Positions 40,826 through 50,791 of a stretch of DNA of 64,000 bases are shown one piece after another (the stretch's first letter is position 1; every line of letters starts with the position of its first letter). The stretch spans positions 105,464 through 169,463 of the forward strand of contig NZ_JBALCY010000076.1 of assembly GCF_036917655.1 (NCBI RefSeq), given 5' to 3'. The notes below the pieces were generated by a model, which saw nothing but the letters and a program-made list of their open reading frames with translations, had not been told where the DNA came from and made no database searches. Origin of the DNA: Nostoc sp. Lineage in GTDB: Bacteria; Cyanobacteriota; Cyanobacteriia; Cyanobacteriales; Nostocaceae. Both the position numbers and the translations under genes were made by a program.

Positions 40826-41449
40826 GTGGTAAACATTCTACATATTGATTCCAGCCCCCGTGGTGAACGATCGCAGTCAAGAGAACTATCCAAAGAATTC
40901 GTCAGTGGTTGGAGGGCAGCGCATTCTGAAGATGCGATCGCCTATCGAGATTTAGGGCATCACCCAGTTCCTCACGTTAATGAACCTTGGATTGCGGCGG
41001 CATTTTCACCACCAGAAACCCATACCCCAGAATTAACTGAGGCAATTAGGATTTCTGACGAACTGGTTGATGAGTTTTTGGCAGCCGATCGCTACGTCTT
41101 TGGAGTACCAATGTATAACTTTAATATACCTTCCACTTTCAAGGCTTACATCGACCAAATCGTTCGCCCTAACCGGACTTTTGCTATAGATGCTCAAGGC
41201 GGTTATAGAGGTTTAGTTGAGGGTAAAAAGGCAGTTGTTATTACAGCTCGCGGTGGTGACTTTAGCGCGACATCTCCTGCTGCTGCTTATGACTTCCAAG
41301 AACCATACCTGCGGGCGATTTTTGGCTTTATTGGGCTTACAGACATTCAATTTATCAACGCTAATAGTATGAATGAAGGTGATGCTGCCCGTACCCAATC
41401 TTTATCAGAAGCACAGGCAGCAATTCAAGGTGCGATCGCCCAGTGGTAA
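40826..41449 (+). CDS. azoR: FMN-dependent NADH-azoreductase
   Basis: ILHIDSSPRGERSQSR N-terminus and FGVPMYNFNIPSTFKAYIDQI motif. GTG start. Confidence 0.85.
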   Translation: MVNILHIDSSPRGERSQSRELSKEFVSGWRAAHSEDAIAYRDLGHHPVPHVNEPWIAAAFSPPETHTPELTEAIRISDELVDEFLAADRYVFGVPMYNFNIPSTFKAYIDQIVRPNRTFAIDAQGGYRGLVEGKKAVVITARGGDFSATSPAAAYDFQEPYLRAIFGFIGLTDIQFINANSMNEGDAARTQSLSEAQAAIQGAIAQW

Positions 41450-41465
41450 ACTAATCGGCATTTAA

Positions 41466-41561
41466 CATTGGGCAATTCAATTTTGGATTTGGGATTTTAA
41501 ATTTTGGATTAAATTTCAATCTAAAATCTAAAATCTAAAATCTAAAATTCTTGCTCCCCCT
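41466..41561. repeat. Left copy of a ~95-bp inverted repeat (TTTTGGA/TTTTAGA heptamer-based hairpin element)
   Basis: Its reverse complement equals 43453..43548 apart from one extra heptamer in the right copy. Confidence 0.9.
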
Positions 41562-41578
41562 GCTCCTGTGCCTCTTCT

Positions 41579-42223
41579 TCAGGGTGATAATCGCTCAATT
41601 TTCCAAGTGCCATTATCTAAACGGCTATAGAGCAAGCGATCGTGCAGACGGCTAGAGCGTCCTTGCCAAAACTCAATTTGTGTGGGGATCACTCGTAAGC
41701 CTCCCCAATGAGGCGGTCGAGGAATCTCCTCATTTTCATATTTGCTGTGGAATTCCTGCAAGCGTCGCTCCAGAACTTCTCGGCTTTCTATCACCTCGCT
41801 TTGATTAGATACCCACGCACCCAGGCGACTATTGGCAGGGCGAGTGTGAAAATACTGATCGGACTCAGTTTCGGAAACTTTTTCCACATACCCACTAATT
41901 CGGACTTGACGCTCCAGTTCTGCCCACCAGAAGACTAAAGCCGCCAGAGGATTTTCTGCCAGTTCTTGTCCTTTGCGGCTGTTGTAGTTGGTGAAGAAAG
42001 CAAAGCCCCGTTCATCGAAATCTTTCAGCAGCACCATTCTGGCTGAAGGCTTAGCGTCTGGTGTAACGGTAGCAATGGTCATAGCATTGGGTTCGGGGAG
42101 TTCCCCTGCTAGAGCCTGATCGAACCATTTTTTAAATTGGATAAAAGGATTGAGGTCTACTTCGAGTTCGCTCAAACCTTCCAAGGTGTAGTCTTTACGA
42201 AGGTCAGCTACGGTTTTGTCCAT
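41579..42223 (-). CDS. pdxH: Pyridoxamine 5'-phosphate oxidase
   Basis: 214 aa. ARMVLLK...GF.FFTNY.S.KG ... [14 protein letters not shown]-terminal signature. Confidence 0.9.
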   Translation of the reverse strand: MDKTVADLRKDYTLEGLSELEVDLNPFIQFKKWFDQALAGELPEPNAMTIATVTPDAKPSARMVLLKDFDERGFAFFTNYNSRKGQELAENPLAALVFWWAELERQVRISGYVEKVSETESDQYFHTRPANSRLGAWVSNQSEVIESREVLERRLQEFHSKYENEEIPRPPHWGGLRVIPTQIEFWQGRSSRLHDRLLYSRLDNGTWKIERLSP

Positions 42224-42360
42224 TTTGATTTACTTCCTTGCTATCAGATACGCTTATGCTTTTCTATATATATCTTTGTTAAAAAAATCTATGATGATAA
42301 TCACTGCCATCAAGAATTTTACAAATTCTCTCAAGGTATATCTAAAATAGGTTGCATAAA

Positions 42361-43446
42361 ATGCGCCGTTCGGCCTCCCTTCAACGCCTCTTAATTTATG
42401 GTCTGAGCGGTCCTATTATCGCTCTTAATGTCTGGTTGCTGTCTGTGCTTTTTCGCTATTTCCAGCATCCCATTACCGTCTTGAGCATTGCGGCGATTCT
42501 GGCTTTTCTCCTAAATTACCTAGTTAAGTTCTTTGAACGGGCTCGGATCACCCACACTCAGGCGGTGATCATAGTTTTACTTGCAACATTAACCCTGCTT
42601 GGGATTCTGGGTGTCACCCTAGTGCCGTTGATTATTGACCAAACAATCCAACTGTTAAATAAGATCCCTGATTGGTTAGGCGCCAGTCAAGCAAACCTAG
42701 AGCAGTTTGAGATGCTGGCAAAACAACGACGTTTGCCAATTGATCTCAGGGTTGTGAGCAGTCAAATCAATGCCAACATTCAGAATGTAGTGCAACAGCT
42801 AGCTTCTGGTGCAGTGGGATTTGCTGGAACACTGCTGTCAGGATTACTTGACGTAGTGTTAGTGATTGTGCTTGCATTTTATATGCTTTTATATGGCGAT
42901 CGCGTCTGGTATGGTCTAATCAATCTTTTGCCCTCTAATATTGGAGATCCCCTTACCGCATCCTTGCGCCTAAATTTCCAGAACTTCTTCCTCAGCCAGT
43001 TGTTGCTAGGACTGTTCATGGTGCTAACCCTGACGCCAATTTTCTTAGTGATGAAGGTGCCCTTTGCCCTGTTGTTTGCCATATTAATTGGTATCTCAGA
43101 ACTCATTCCCTTTATCGGGGCGTCTCTAGGCATTGCTCTGGTGACGATTTTAGTACTACTGCAAAATTGGTGGTTAGCAGTTCAAGTTGCCATAGCGGCA
43201 ATTCTCATGCAGCAGGTTAAAGATAACCTGTTAGCGCCCAGGTTACTCGGCAACTTTATTGGACTGAATCCTATCTGGATTTTTGTCTCTATTTTGATGG
43301 GATTTGAAATTGCTGGGTTGTTGGGGACGCTTGTTGCTGTTCCCATTGCTGGTACTATTAAAGGCACTTTCGATGCTATCAAGAGCGGCAAGCCGAGTGA
43401 CTTTGTATCAACTGTCACTATTGCCCATGACCCGCCCCTAGATTGA
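42361..43446 (+). CDS. AI-2E family (PerM/YdiK-like) transporter
   Basis: About 8 TM helices and a conserved SELIPFIGA segment. Confidence 0.8.
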   Translation: MRRSASLQRLLIYGLSGPIIALNVWLLSVLFRYFQHPITVLSIAAILAFLLNYLVKFFERARITHTQAVIIVLLATLTLLGILGVTLVPLIIDQTIQLLNKIPDWLGASQANLEQFEMLAKQRRLPIDLRVVSSQINANIQNVVQQLASGAVGFAGTLLSGLLDVVLVIVLAFYMLLYGDRVWYGLINLLPSNIGDPLTASLRLNFQNFFLSQLLLGLFMVLTLTPIFLVMKVPFALLFAILIGISELIPFIGASLGIALVTILVLLQNWWLAVQVAIAAILMQQVKDNLLAPRLLGNFIGLNPIWIFVSILMGFEIAGLLGTLVAVPIAGTIKGTFDAIKSGKPSDFVSTVTIAHDPPLD

Positions 43447-43452
43447 GCGGGT

Positions 43453-43548
43453 AGGGGGAGCAAGAATTTTAGATTTTAGATTTTGGATTTTAGATTGAAA
43501 TTTAATCCAAAATTTAAAATCCCAAATCCAAAATTGAATTGCCCAATG
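43453..43548. repeat. Right copy of the ~95-bp inverted repeat
   Basis: agggggagcaagaattttagattttagattttggattttagattgaaatttaatccaaaatttaaaatcccaaatccaaaattgaattgcccaatg. Confidence 0.9.
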
Positions 43549-43750
43549 TCCAAAGTCAAAAGTTGCACAATCTGATCTCACAATTCACAATGGTGATTGA
43601 TTACAAATTTCGGGAGATACTGCCAGCAGGCAATTCCTGAATAAAACAAGCGCAAGGGAATTCATAAAGTACACGCTTTGTCAATAGTCAATGAGTTTAG
43701 TGTTGAATTTACGGTCTTTTGATTCTCATTAATTAACTTAGAACCCGTTG

Positions 43751-44581
43751 ATGGAAGCTTCCGAGCTATTAGAAACAATCACACTCCTGATTTCCCAAGC
43801 TGAACAGGGAGAAATTGACCCTTGGGATGTCCAAGTGATTGAGGTGATTGACCGTTACTTAGAACTGATGGCACCGGAGTCAATAGGAAGAGGCTATGAA
43901 GCAGATTTATCTCAATCTGGACAGGCATTTTTGTCAGCATCAATGCTGGTATTATTCAAAGCTAATACGTTGACGCAGTTGTCAACAGTAGTAGCTCTAG
44001 AAGATGGTGTATTAGATGATGCTCTATTAGAAGATGAAGACGGTGTATCACATCAGGGTCATCGTTTACCATTAGAACGGCAATTGCGTCGTCGTCCATC
44101 GGCAATGCCGCCACCAAAGCGCCGGGTGACTTTGCAAGAGTTAATCAAGCAATTGCAGATTATGGCGAACCAACTGAAACTGGTAGAAAAAGTCAGCAAA
44201 CCTATCCGTCCTAGACGTTTGCCTAGCGTCCAAAGTATGCGGGAGGCGCTGGAGTTAGCTCACCAGGAAAATCTGACAGAAGTCGCCAGGGAACTAGAGC
44301 AGGTGTTGAATTTGTCAGCAAGAGAACTAAGTTTAGAACAAAATTGGTTGAATTTAGAACAACTTGTAGAGTTGTGGACTCAAACAAAGCTTCCCAACCA
44401 AAATGGCTCTGGACATGAGTCTAAACGCAGTCAACTAGTTAGCGTTTTCTGGGCCCTACTACTACTCTCGGCTCAATCGAAAGTAGAGCTATTTCAAGAG
44501 GAATTTTACCATGAGATAAAAATTCGCTTACTTAGAGATTCAGCTAACACCTGCAAACCGTTTGAGTACCCGATGAACTAA
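43751..44581 (+). CDS. scpA: Segregation and condensation protein A
   Basis: The N-terminus ...GEIDPWDVQVIEVIDRYLE is typical of ScpA. About 276 aa. Confidence 0.75.
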   Translation: MEASELLETITLLISQAEQGEIDPWDVQVIEVIDRYLELMAPESIGRGYEADLSQSGQAFLSASMLVLFKANTLTQLSTVVALEDGVLDDALLEDEDGVSHQGHRLPLERQLRRRPSAMPPPKRRVTLQELIKQLQIMANQLKLVEKVSKPIRPRRLPSVQSMREALELAHQENLTEVARELEQVLNLSARELSLEQNWLNLEQLVELWTQTKLPNQNGSGHESKRSQLVSVFWALLLLSAQSKVELFQEEFYHEIKIRLLRDSANTCKPFEYPMN

Positions 44582-44813
44582 GAAAACCAAAAGTAGCCCT
44601 ACAGATAATTTATAGATTTGTGCTTCAGCCCCAAAATCCGAGTAAATTGAAAAGATAAACGATCGCTTGTCATCTAAGTATACCTATGGTTGCAATAACC
44701 ACTAAATTCCTGTTATCCCTGTTTTGAGAGATAACTTAGAGCAGAAATAAAACTGATGATTAGCTTATCACTTGATAAAAGTAAACTGGCTTGTGGTTGA
44801 GGAATAAATTTTT

Positions 44814-45983
44814 ATGAAAGCGATGATTCTCGCGGCTGGTAAAGGTACTCGCGTGCGTCCAATTACCTATACAATTCCCAAACCAATGATTCCCATCCTG
44901 CAAAAGCCAGTGATGGAGTTCTTGCTGGAACTGTTACGCAAACATGGATTTGACCAAATCATGGTCAACGTTAGTCATTTGGCTGAAGAAATAGAAAACT
45001 ATTTCCGTGATGGTCAACGGTTTGGGGTACAGATTGCCTATTCCTTTGAAGGTAAAATTGATGACGAGGGGAAACTGGAGGGGGAAGCAATAGGTTCAGC
45101 TGGCGGGATGCGCCGCATCCAAGACTTCTCACCGTTTTTTGATGATACCTTTGTGGTTTTGTGCGGTGATGCTTTGATTGACTTGGATTTAACTGCGGCG
45201 GTTAAATGGCATAAAGCTAAAGGGGCGATCGCTACTATTATTACAAAATCTGTCCCCAAAGAAGAAGTTTCTAGCTACGGTGTAGTTGTGACTGACGAAG
45301 ATGGTCGTGTCAAAGCTTTCCAAGAAAAACCTTCAACTGAAGAAGCTCTCAGCACCAACATCAACACAGGTATTTACATCTTTGAGCCAGAGGTGTTTAA
45401 CTATATTCCCTCTGCTGTCGAATATGACATTGGTAGCCAATTGTTTCCCAAATTGGTGGAAATCAAAGCCCCCTTCTACGCCATTCCTATGGACTTTGAA
45501 TGGGTAGATATTGGTAAAGTACCAGACTATTGGCGGGCGATTCGCGGTGTGCTGCTGGGTGAAATCAAAAATGTGCAAATCCCTGGTCATGAAGTTGCCC
45601 CTGGCATCTACACTGGCTTAAATGTTGCCGTAAATTGGGACAAAGTGGATATCACAGGCCCAGTTTACATTGGTGGGATGACCAGAATCGAAGACGGAGC
45701 TAAAATTGTCGGCCCAGCGATGATTGGCCCCAATTGTTGGATATGTAGTGGTGCAACAGTAGATAACAGTGTGATTTTTGAATGGTCGCGCCTGGGCCCC
45801 GGAGTCCGGTTAGTCGATAAGCTGGTATTTGGACGTTATTGCGTGGATAAAACTGGCGCTGCGATCGATGTTCAAGCGGCTGCTTTAGATTGGCTGATTA
45901 CCGATGCCCGTCAGACAGTGCCATCACATACCCCTGTTGAGCGACAAGCAATAGAGGAATTGCTGGGGACAAATGTAAATTAG
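44814..45983 (+). CDS. NDP-sugar pyrophosphorylase (mannose-1-phosphate guanylyltransferase/GCD1-type) with a C-terminal left-handed beta-helix
   Basis: [18 protein letters not shown] signature, LCGDAL, and a hexapeptide-repeat C-terminus. Confidence 0.85.
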   Translation: MKAMILAAGKGTRVRPITYTIPKPMIPILQKPVMEFLLELLRKHGFDQIMVNVSHLAEEIENYFRDGQRFGVQIAYSFEGKIDDEGKLEGEAIGSAGGMRRIQDFSPFFDDTFVVLCGDALIDLDLTAAVKWHKAKGAIATIITKSVPKEEVSSYGVVVTDEDGRVKAFQEKPSTEEALSTNINTGIYIFEPEVFNYIPSAVEYDIGSQLFPKLVEIKAPFYAIPMDFEWVDIGKVPDYWRAIRGVLLGEIKNVQIPGHEVAPGIYTGLNVAVNWDKVDITGPVYIGGMTRIEDGAKIVGPAMIGPNCWICSGATVDNSVIFEWSRLGPGVRLVDKLVFGRYCVDKTGAAIDVQAAALDWLITDARQTVPSHTPVERQAIEELLGTNVN

Positions 45984-45984
45984 G

Positions 45985-46172
45985 GAGTGGGGAATGGGGC
46001 ATGGGGAATGGGGAATGGGGAATGGGGAATGGGGAATGGGGAATGGGGAATGGGGAATAGGGAGTGGGGAGTTGGGAAGAGTTTTCCAATGCCCAATGCC
46101 CAATGCCCAATGCCCAATGCCCAATGCCCAATGCCCAATGCCCAATGCCCAATGCCCAATGCCCCATTCCCA
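45985..46172. repeat. Two adjacent heptamer arrays: (GGGGAAT)n then (CCCAATG)n
   Basis: About 10 units of ggggaat at 45990..46066 and about 11 units of cccaatg at 46087..46165, between convergent genes. Confidence 0.9.
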
Positions 46173-46175
46173 ATC

Positions 46176-48191
46176 CTAACTATTTAGATACGTATATCTT
46201 CTAAGACTCTGCTCGTAGGTTTGCAGTAGTCGCTGAGATTCCGCTAGGGTGATGCGCTTTTCTTCTAATGCTTTTTCGCAACGCTGGCGGATGTTTTCTA
46301 CCATATCTTCGGAGTCATACTGGACGTAGCTCACCACTTCGCTCATGGTGTCACCTTTGACAACGTGTTCAATTTGGTAGCCTTTGGGCGTTAATTGGAT
46401 GTGAACGGCGTTGGTGTCGCCAAATAGGTTGTGCAAATTGCCCATGATTTCTTGGTAAGCTCCATTCAAGAACATCCCCAAATAATAGGGTTCTCCGGGC
46501 TTGTAGGTGTGCAACTCTAAAACCGATTTGACATCGCGCAGGTCAATAAAGCGGTCGATTTTACCATCACTGTCGCAGGTTAGGTCTGCTAAAATTCCTC
46601 GCCGCGTTGGTTCTTCATCTAAGCGGTGGATGGGCATAATTGGGAATAGCTGATCGATCGCCCAGCAATCTGGTGCTGATTGAAACACTGACATATTCAC
46701 GTAGTAGATGGAAGCCATAATTTTTTCTAGGTCTTCCAGTTCATCGGGTACGTATTCTTGCTGTCTAGTGATGTTGAGAATTTTCTGACAACAAGCCCAG
46801 TAGAGGCGTTCGGCTTTGGCTCGTTCTCTAAGGCGTAAAATTCCTAAGTTGAAGCGGCTGATGGCCTCTTCTTTGAATTGTGCAGCGTCGTGGTACAACT
46901 CTTGGTAATTCTCTTGGTTGATCGATTGGTAGCTTTCCCAAAGATAATTAATAATTGGGGATTCTCCTTCTTGCGGAGGTTCTGGCGCGTCGAGGGGGAC
47001 ATCGCTAGTACTCAGAACATCAAAAATCAGCAGCGACTGATGGGAAGCGAGCGCTCGTCCACTTTCACTAATCAGTGTTGGTACGGGAATCTGCCGTTCA
47101 GCACAGGTATCTTTTAACTCTGCCACGATGTCGTTGGCATAGTTCTGCATGTTGTAATTTTTCGATGCATAGAAGTTGGTTTGGGAGCCATCGTAATCTA
47201 CACCCAAGCCACCACCAACATCAAGGTATTTCATATCTGCCCCCAGCATCGACAATTCCACATAAATGCGGCTGGCTTCTTGGATGGCATCTTTAATCAC
47301 ATTGATGGCAGAGATTTGGGAGCCGATGTGGAAGTGCATCAACTGCAAAGAATCGAGGAGGTTAGCTTCCCGTAACTTGTCAACAGCCTCGATTACTTCA
47401 GGCATTGTCAAACCAAATTTAGCGCGATCACCACTAGAGGCTCCCCAACGTCCCATGCCTTGGGTACTGAGTTTAGCACGAACACCTAATATCGGCTTAA
47501 TACCTAACTGGCGATTGGCATCAATCACCAAATCAACCTCTTCAATCTGTTCTAAGACGATGACTGGTGTTTGCCCTAGTCTTTGGGCTAACATTGCCGT
47601 TTCGATGTATTCTCGGTCTTTGTAGCCGTTGCAAATTAACAATGCTCCTGGTGTATCCAAGACAGCTAAAGCAATCATTAATTCTGGCTTGGAACCAGCT
47701 TCTAAACCAAATTGATGGGGCTTGCCAAATCTCACTAAATCTTCAATCAAATGCCGCTCTTGATTGCACTTGACGGGAAACACGCCACGGTAGACACCAG
47801 GGTAGTTGTAGCGGGCGATCGCTTTATTAAAACAAGCGTTCAAGCGCTCAATCCGGTCTTCCAAAATATCGGAAAAGCGAATCAACATGGGAAGCCCCAA
47901 GTTGCGATCTTTCATGGCGTTGACCAATTCAAACAAGTCAAGAGATCCCCCGCGATCGCCCTTGGGTGCAACGGTGACGTGACCAGCAGCGCTAATGGAA
48001 AAATAAGGTTGTCCCCAACCTTCAATCCTGTATAACGCTTCGCTATCCTCAATTTTCCAGGAGCGAGGTAAATCTCCTGTGGTAGTACTAGGTGGTAAGA
48101 GTTTTTTTTGCTTATGATTTTTCACTTCAGATTTTTGTCCATTGGACGGTAGTACCACCTCGTCAGATGTAGCAGTTGAATCAACACCCAT
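46176..48191 (-). CDS. speA: Biosynthetic arginine decarboxylase
   Basis: About 670 aa. PLP-dependent Orn/Lys/Arg decarboxylase class-II motifs ([24 protein letters not shown]). The ATG at 48191 is preferred to the upstream TTG. Confidence 0.9.
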   Translation of the reverse strand: MGVDSTATSDEVVLPSNGQKSEVKNHKQKKLLPPSTTTGDLPRSWKIEDSEALYRIEGWGQPYFSISAAGHVTVAPKGDRGGSLDLFELVNAMKDRNLGLPMLIRFSDILEDRIERLNACFNKAIARYNYPGVYRGVFPVKCNQERHLIEDLVRFGKPHQFGLEAGSKPELMIALAVLDTPGALLICNGYKDREYIETAMLAQRLGQTPVIVLEQIEEVDLVIDANRQLGIKPILGVRAKLSTQGMGRWGASSGDRAKFGLTMPEVIEAVDKLREANLLDSLQLMHFHIGSQISAINVIKDAIQEASRIYVELSMLGADMKYLDVGGGLGVDYDGSQTNFYASKNYNMQNYANDIVAELKDTCAERQIPVPTLISESGRALASHQSLLIFDVLSTSDVPLDAPEPPQEGESPIINYLWESYQSINQENYQELYHDAAQFKEEAISRFNLGILRLRERAKAERLYWACCQKILNITRQQEYVPDELEDLEKIMASIYYVNMSVFQSAPDCWAIDQLFPIMPIHRLDEEPTRRGILADLTCDSDGKIDRFIDLRDVKSVLELHTYKPGEPYYLGMFLNGAYQEIMGNLHNLFGDTNAVHIQLTPKGYQIEHVVKGDTMSEVVSYVQYDSEDMVENIRQRCEKALEEKRITLAESQRLLQTYEQSLRRYTYLNS

Positions 48192-48290
48192 TTCTTCCTG
48201 ACCTCTGTTTTTCACCCACAAATTAACAATTTAGCGCATTCATCTGGGAACGTATATGCACCCAAAGATAATTTCTGAGATAAACTCTGA

Positions 48291-48330
48291 TTGGTCATTA
48301 GTCATTAGTCATTAGTCATTGGTCATTAGT
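48291..48330. repeat. GTCATTA heptamer array
   Basis: ttggtcattagtcattagtcattagtcattggtcattagt. Confidence 0.8.
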
Positions 48331-48394
48331 GCAAAACCTCTGGACAAAGGACAAATGACTAGATAAAAACTTTATTAAGCTTTGGGAAACAGCA

Positions 48395-48844
48395 ATGGAA
48401 CGTACATTCTTAGCAATTAAGCCTGACGGAGTACAACGGGGATTGGTGGGGGAAATTATCCGTCGCTTTGAAACTAAAGGTTTTACCCTAGTTGGTTTAA
48501 AGTTCCTGAAAGTCAGTCGGGAATTGGCTGAACAACATTATGATGTTCACCGAGAACGTCCCTTTTTTGGTGGTTTAGTGGAATTTATCACTTCTAGCCC
48601 AGTGGTGGCGATGGTATGGGAAGGTGATGGCGTCATTGCATCTGCGAGAAAGATTATTGGTGCGACGAACCCCTTAACAGCAGAGCCGGGAACGATTCGC
48701 GGCGATTTTGGCCTGAATATTGGTCGCAATTTGATCCACGGTTCTGATGCTCCAGAAACCGCGCAACAGGAAATAGCCCTGTGGTTTAAGGATGAAGAAT
48801 TGGTAAGTTGGCAACCACACTTAACCCCTTGGTTGCACGAGTAA
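48395..48844 (+). CDS. ndk: Nucleoside-diphosphate kinase
   Basis: [22 protein letters not shown] and active-site NLIHGSD. Confidence 0.95.
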   Translation: MERTFLAIKPDGVQRGLVGEIIRRFETKGFTLVGLKFLKVSRELAEQHYDVHRERPFFGGLVEFITSSPVVAMVWEGDGVIASARKIIGATNPLTAEPGTIRGDFGLNIGRNLIHGSDAPETAQQEIALWFKDEELVSWQPHLTPWLHE

Positions 48845-49069
48845 AACATTAGGGAGTGGGGAGTGGGGTCCCCTCTGGGGATAAGGGGTAATGGGGAGAG
48901 CAAATGAACAATTATTATTCTTCCTCATCTCCCTCATCTTCCTCTTCTTAGGAACGTGGATTAAATAAAATGCAAAACTTCATCCTGTCTCACGATCCCT
49001 CTCCTTTATAAGGAGAGGGATTGAGGGTGAGGTAAGATGGGGACATAAATTGTATGTTATTTAATTCTT

Positions 49070-49210
49070 AATATCATGTCCGCCAGATTACCCATAATAA
49101 AAGAACCCCACCCCCAGCCCCTCCCCGCTCTTCGGGAGGGGAGACAAAGCATAGCTTTGGCGGGGTGGGGAACTCCTGAGTTTAATAAGTAATCAAGCGG
49201 ACATGATATT
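49070..49210. mobile_element. MITE-like element, family C, copy 1 (terminal inverted repeats aatatcatgtccgc / gcggacatgatatt)
   Basis: The 14-bp terminal repeats are an exact inverted pair. The core is ccccacccccagcccctccccgctcttcgggaggggag. Confidence 0.75.
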
Positions 49211-49215
49211 ATTCC

Positions 49216-49938
49216 TTACTTCGAGACTTCGCTCTTTTCCGGTTCTACTTGGGGTAATTCAGTGCCAATACGCTTGGAAAATCCCCAGCCTAAAATTAGG
49301 AAGATCGCAGGAATCATGATCCATTCTGGTGGAACTAAATCATCGTTCACCACTTTTAACAATAGGCGCAAGCCCACTAAGGCTACAGTTACATAGCCTG
49401 CATCCTCTAGGTTTTCAAATTCGTCTAGCCAACGGATAAACAATCCCGCCATAAATCGCAGCGTAATAATACCAACTGTTGCACCCGTCAGCACCAGCCA
49501 TTTTTCTTGAGAAACTGCGATCGCAGTTGTCACGCTATCCAAAGAAAATGCCAAATCTGTAAATGCAATCACGGGTATTGCTTGCAACAACGAACTAAAA
49601 CGCGGTTCGTGATTCTGCTCGTCTTCACTTTGTTGAGAGGTAAAGTGTTGAAATACCAACCACAGCAGGTAAGCAGCGCCCAATAATTCAAATTGCCAGA
49701 ATTGTTGCACCCAGGTGGCGGTAAGAATCAGGGTGATTCGCAGTATATATGCAACGACTAAACCAAAGTTGAGGGCTTTACGCTCAAGTTCTTTGTCTTC
49801 CAGCCCTTGAGCGATCGCAGCCAGGGCGATCGCATTGTCGGCAGATAACACCGCCTCTAAAAATATCAGGATCAGCAGAACTATTGGGGCTTCAAGGCTG
49901 ACATGAAAGTTGAGGTAATCAAAAATTTGGTCTAGCAT
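49216..49938 (-). CDS. TerC-family integral membrane protein
   Basis: LSADNAIALAAIA and FSLDSV motifs, with about 7 TM helices. Confidence 0.85.
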   Translation of the reverse strand: MLDQIFDYLNFHVSLEAPIVLLILIFLEAVLSADNAIALAAIAQGLEDKELERKALNFGLVVAYILRITLILTATWVQQFWQFELLGAAYLLWLVFQHFTSQQSEDEQNHEPRFSSLLQAIPVIAFTDLAFSLDSVTTAIAVSQEKWLVLTGATVGIITLRFMAGLFIRWLDEFENLEDAGYVTVALVGLRLLLKVVNDDLVPPEWIMIPAIFLILGWGFSKRIGTELPQVEPEKSEVSK

Positions 49939-50210
49939 TCCAGGTTTCTCAAGCAGAAAAAATTAAAATTTGGCAGTCACAGAGATTTTCATGTTAAAAA
50001 GCGCAATAAATTGCTACTCTAATCCAGCTTAACGTGGTTGTGGTGCATTTTGAAGGGGGTTGAATGGATGCGATCGCCGTACAACTTGGGTATATTGTGT
50101 GTTATTCAATACGCCAAAGGTTTTAGTATCTAGCTCAATGCGATCGCAATGGACTGCTGTCAGTTCGCATCTAGAATTAGAATATGAGAACAAAAATATG
50201 GTAATAATTC

Positions 50211-50480
50211 ATGAATATTTCCTTAACAACCCAGCTTGAGCAGTTTATTCAAAGTCAGGTTGCAAGTGGGAAGTACACCTCATCAGAAGAAGTGATTCTT
50301 GCAGGTATTAGGCTGTTGGAAGAACGGGAACGTATTTATAAAGGTCGGTTTGAGGAACTGCAAAGGGAAATTATGATTGGGGTTGAGCAACTTGATAGCG
50401 GAGAACGACTCGACGGTAGAGAAGTAATCGAGCAACTGCGTCAAAAGAACCAAGCTTTGAGAAAGGCTCAGGCGCAATAA
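50211..50480 (+). CDS. parD: Type II antitoxin, ParD/CopG-like
   Basis: MNISLTTQLEQFIQSQVASGKYTSSEEVILAGIRLLEERE is the typical ParD N-terminus. Its stop overlaps the toxin start (TAATG). Confidence 0.8.
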   Translation: MNISLTTQLEQFIQSQVASGKYTSSEEVILAGIRLLEERERIYKGRFEELQREIMIGVEQLDSGERLDGREVIEQLRQKNQALRKAQAQ

Positions 50481-50785
50481 TGAGTTTATATTTTCTATCG
50501 CCCCAAGCTGCCCAAGACTTACAAGAAATTAACGATTACCTATTTGCTGGTAATCCAGATGTTGCAGATAGATTGCTCACACTCATCACTCAAAAGTTGG
50601 ATACTTTAGCACAGTTTCCCAGTATGGGACGTAGACGGGATGAACTTTTACCTGCGCTGCGTAGCTTTCCAGTTGATGATTATTTGATATTTTATCGGTC
50701 AATTGCAGAGGGGATTGAAGTTGTGCGGGTAGTGAGTGGCTATCGTGATTTAGAGACGCTGTTTTTAGATGATGATTCAAGGTAA
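50480..50785 (+). CDS. parE: Type II toxin, ParE/RelE family
   Basis: 101 aa, ...YLIFYRSIAEGIEVVRVVSGYRD, a typical ParE C-terminus. Confidence 0.8.
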   Translation: MSLYFLSPQAAQDLQEINDYLFAGNPDVADRLLTLITQKLDTLAQFPSMGRRRDELLPALRSFPVDDYLIFYRSIAEGIEVVRVVSGYRDLETLFLDDDSR

Positions 50786-50791
50786 TAATTT

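Noticed and set aside
45898-46187. Four ORFs encoding GIGHWALG / PMPNAQC-type repeats
   Set aside because: They are translations of the GGGGAAT/CCCAATG heptamer arrays in different frames and strands, not genes.
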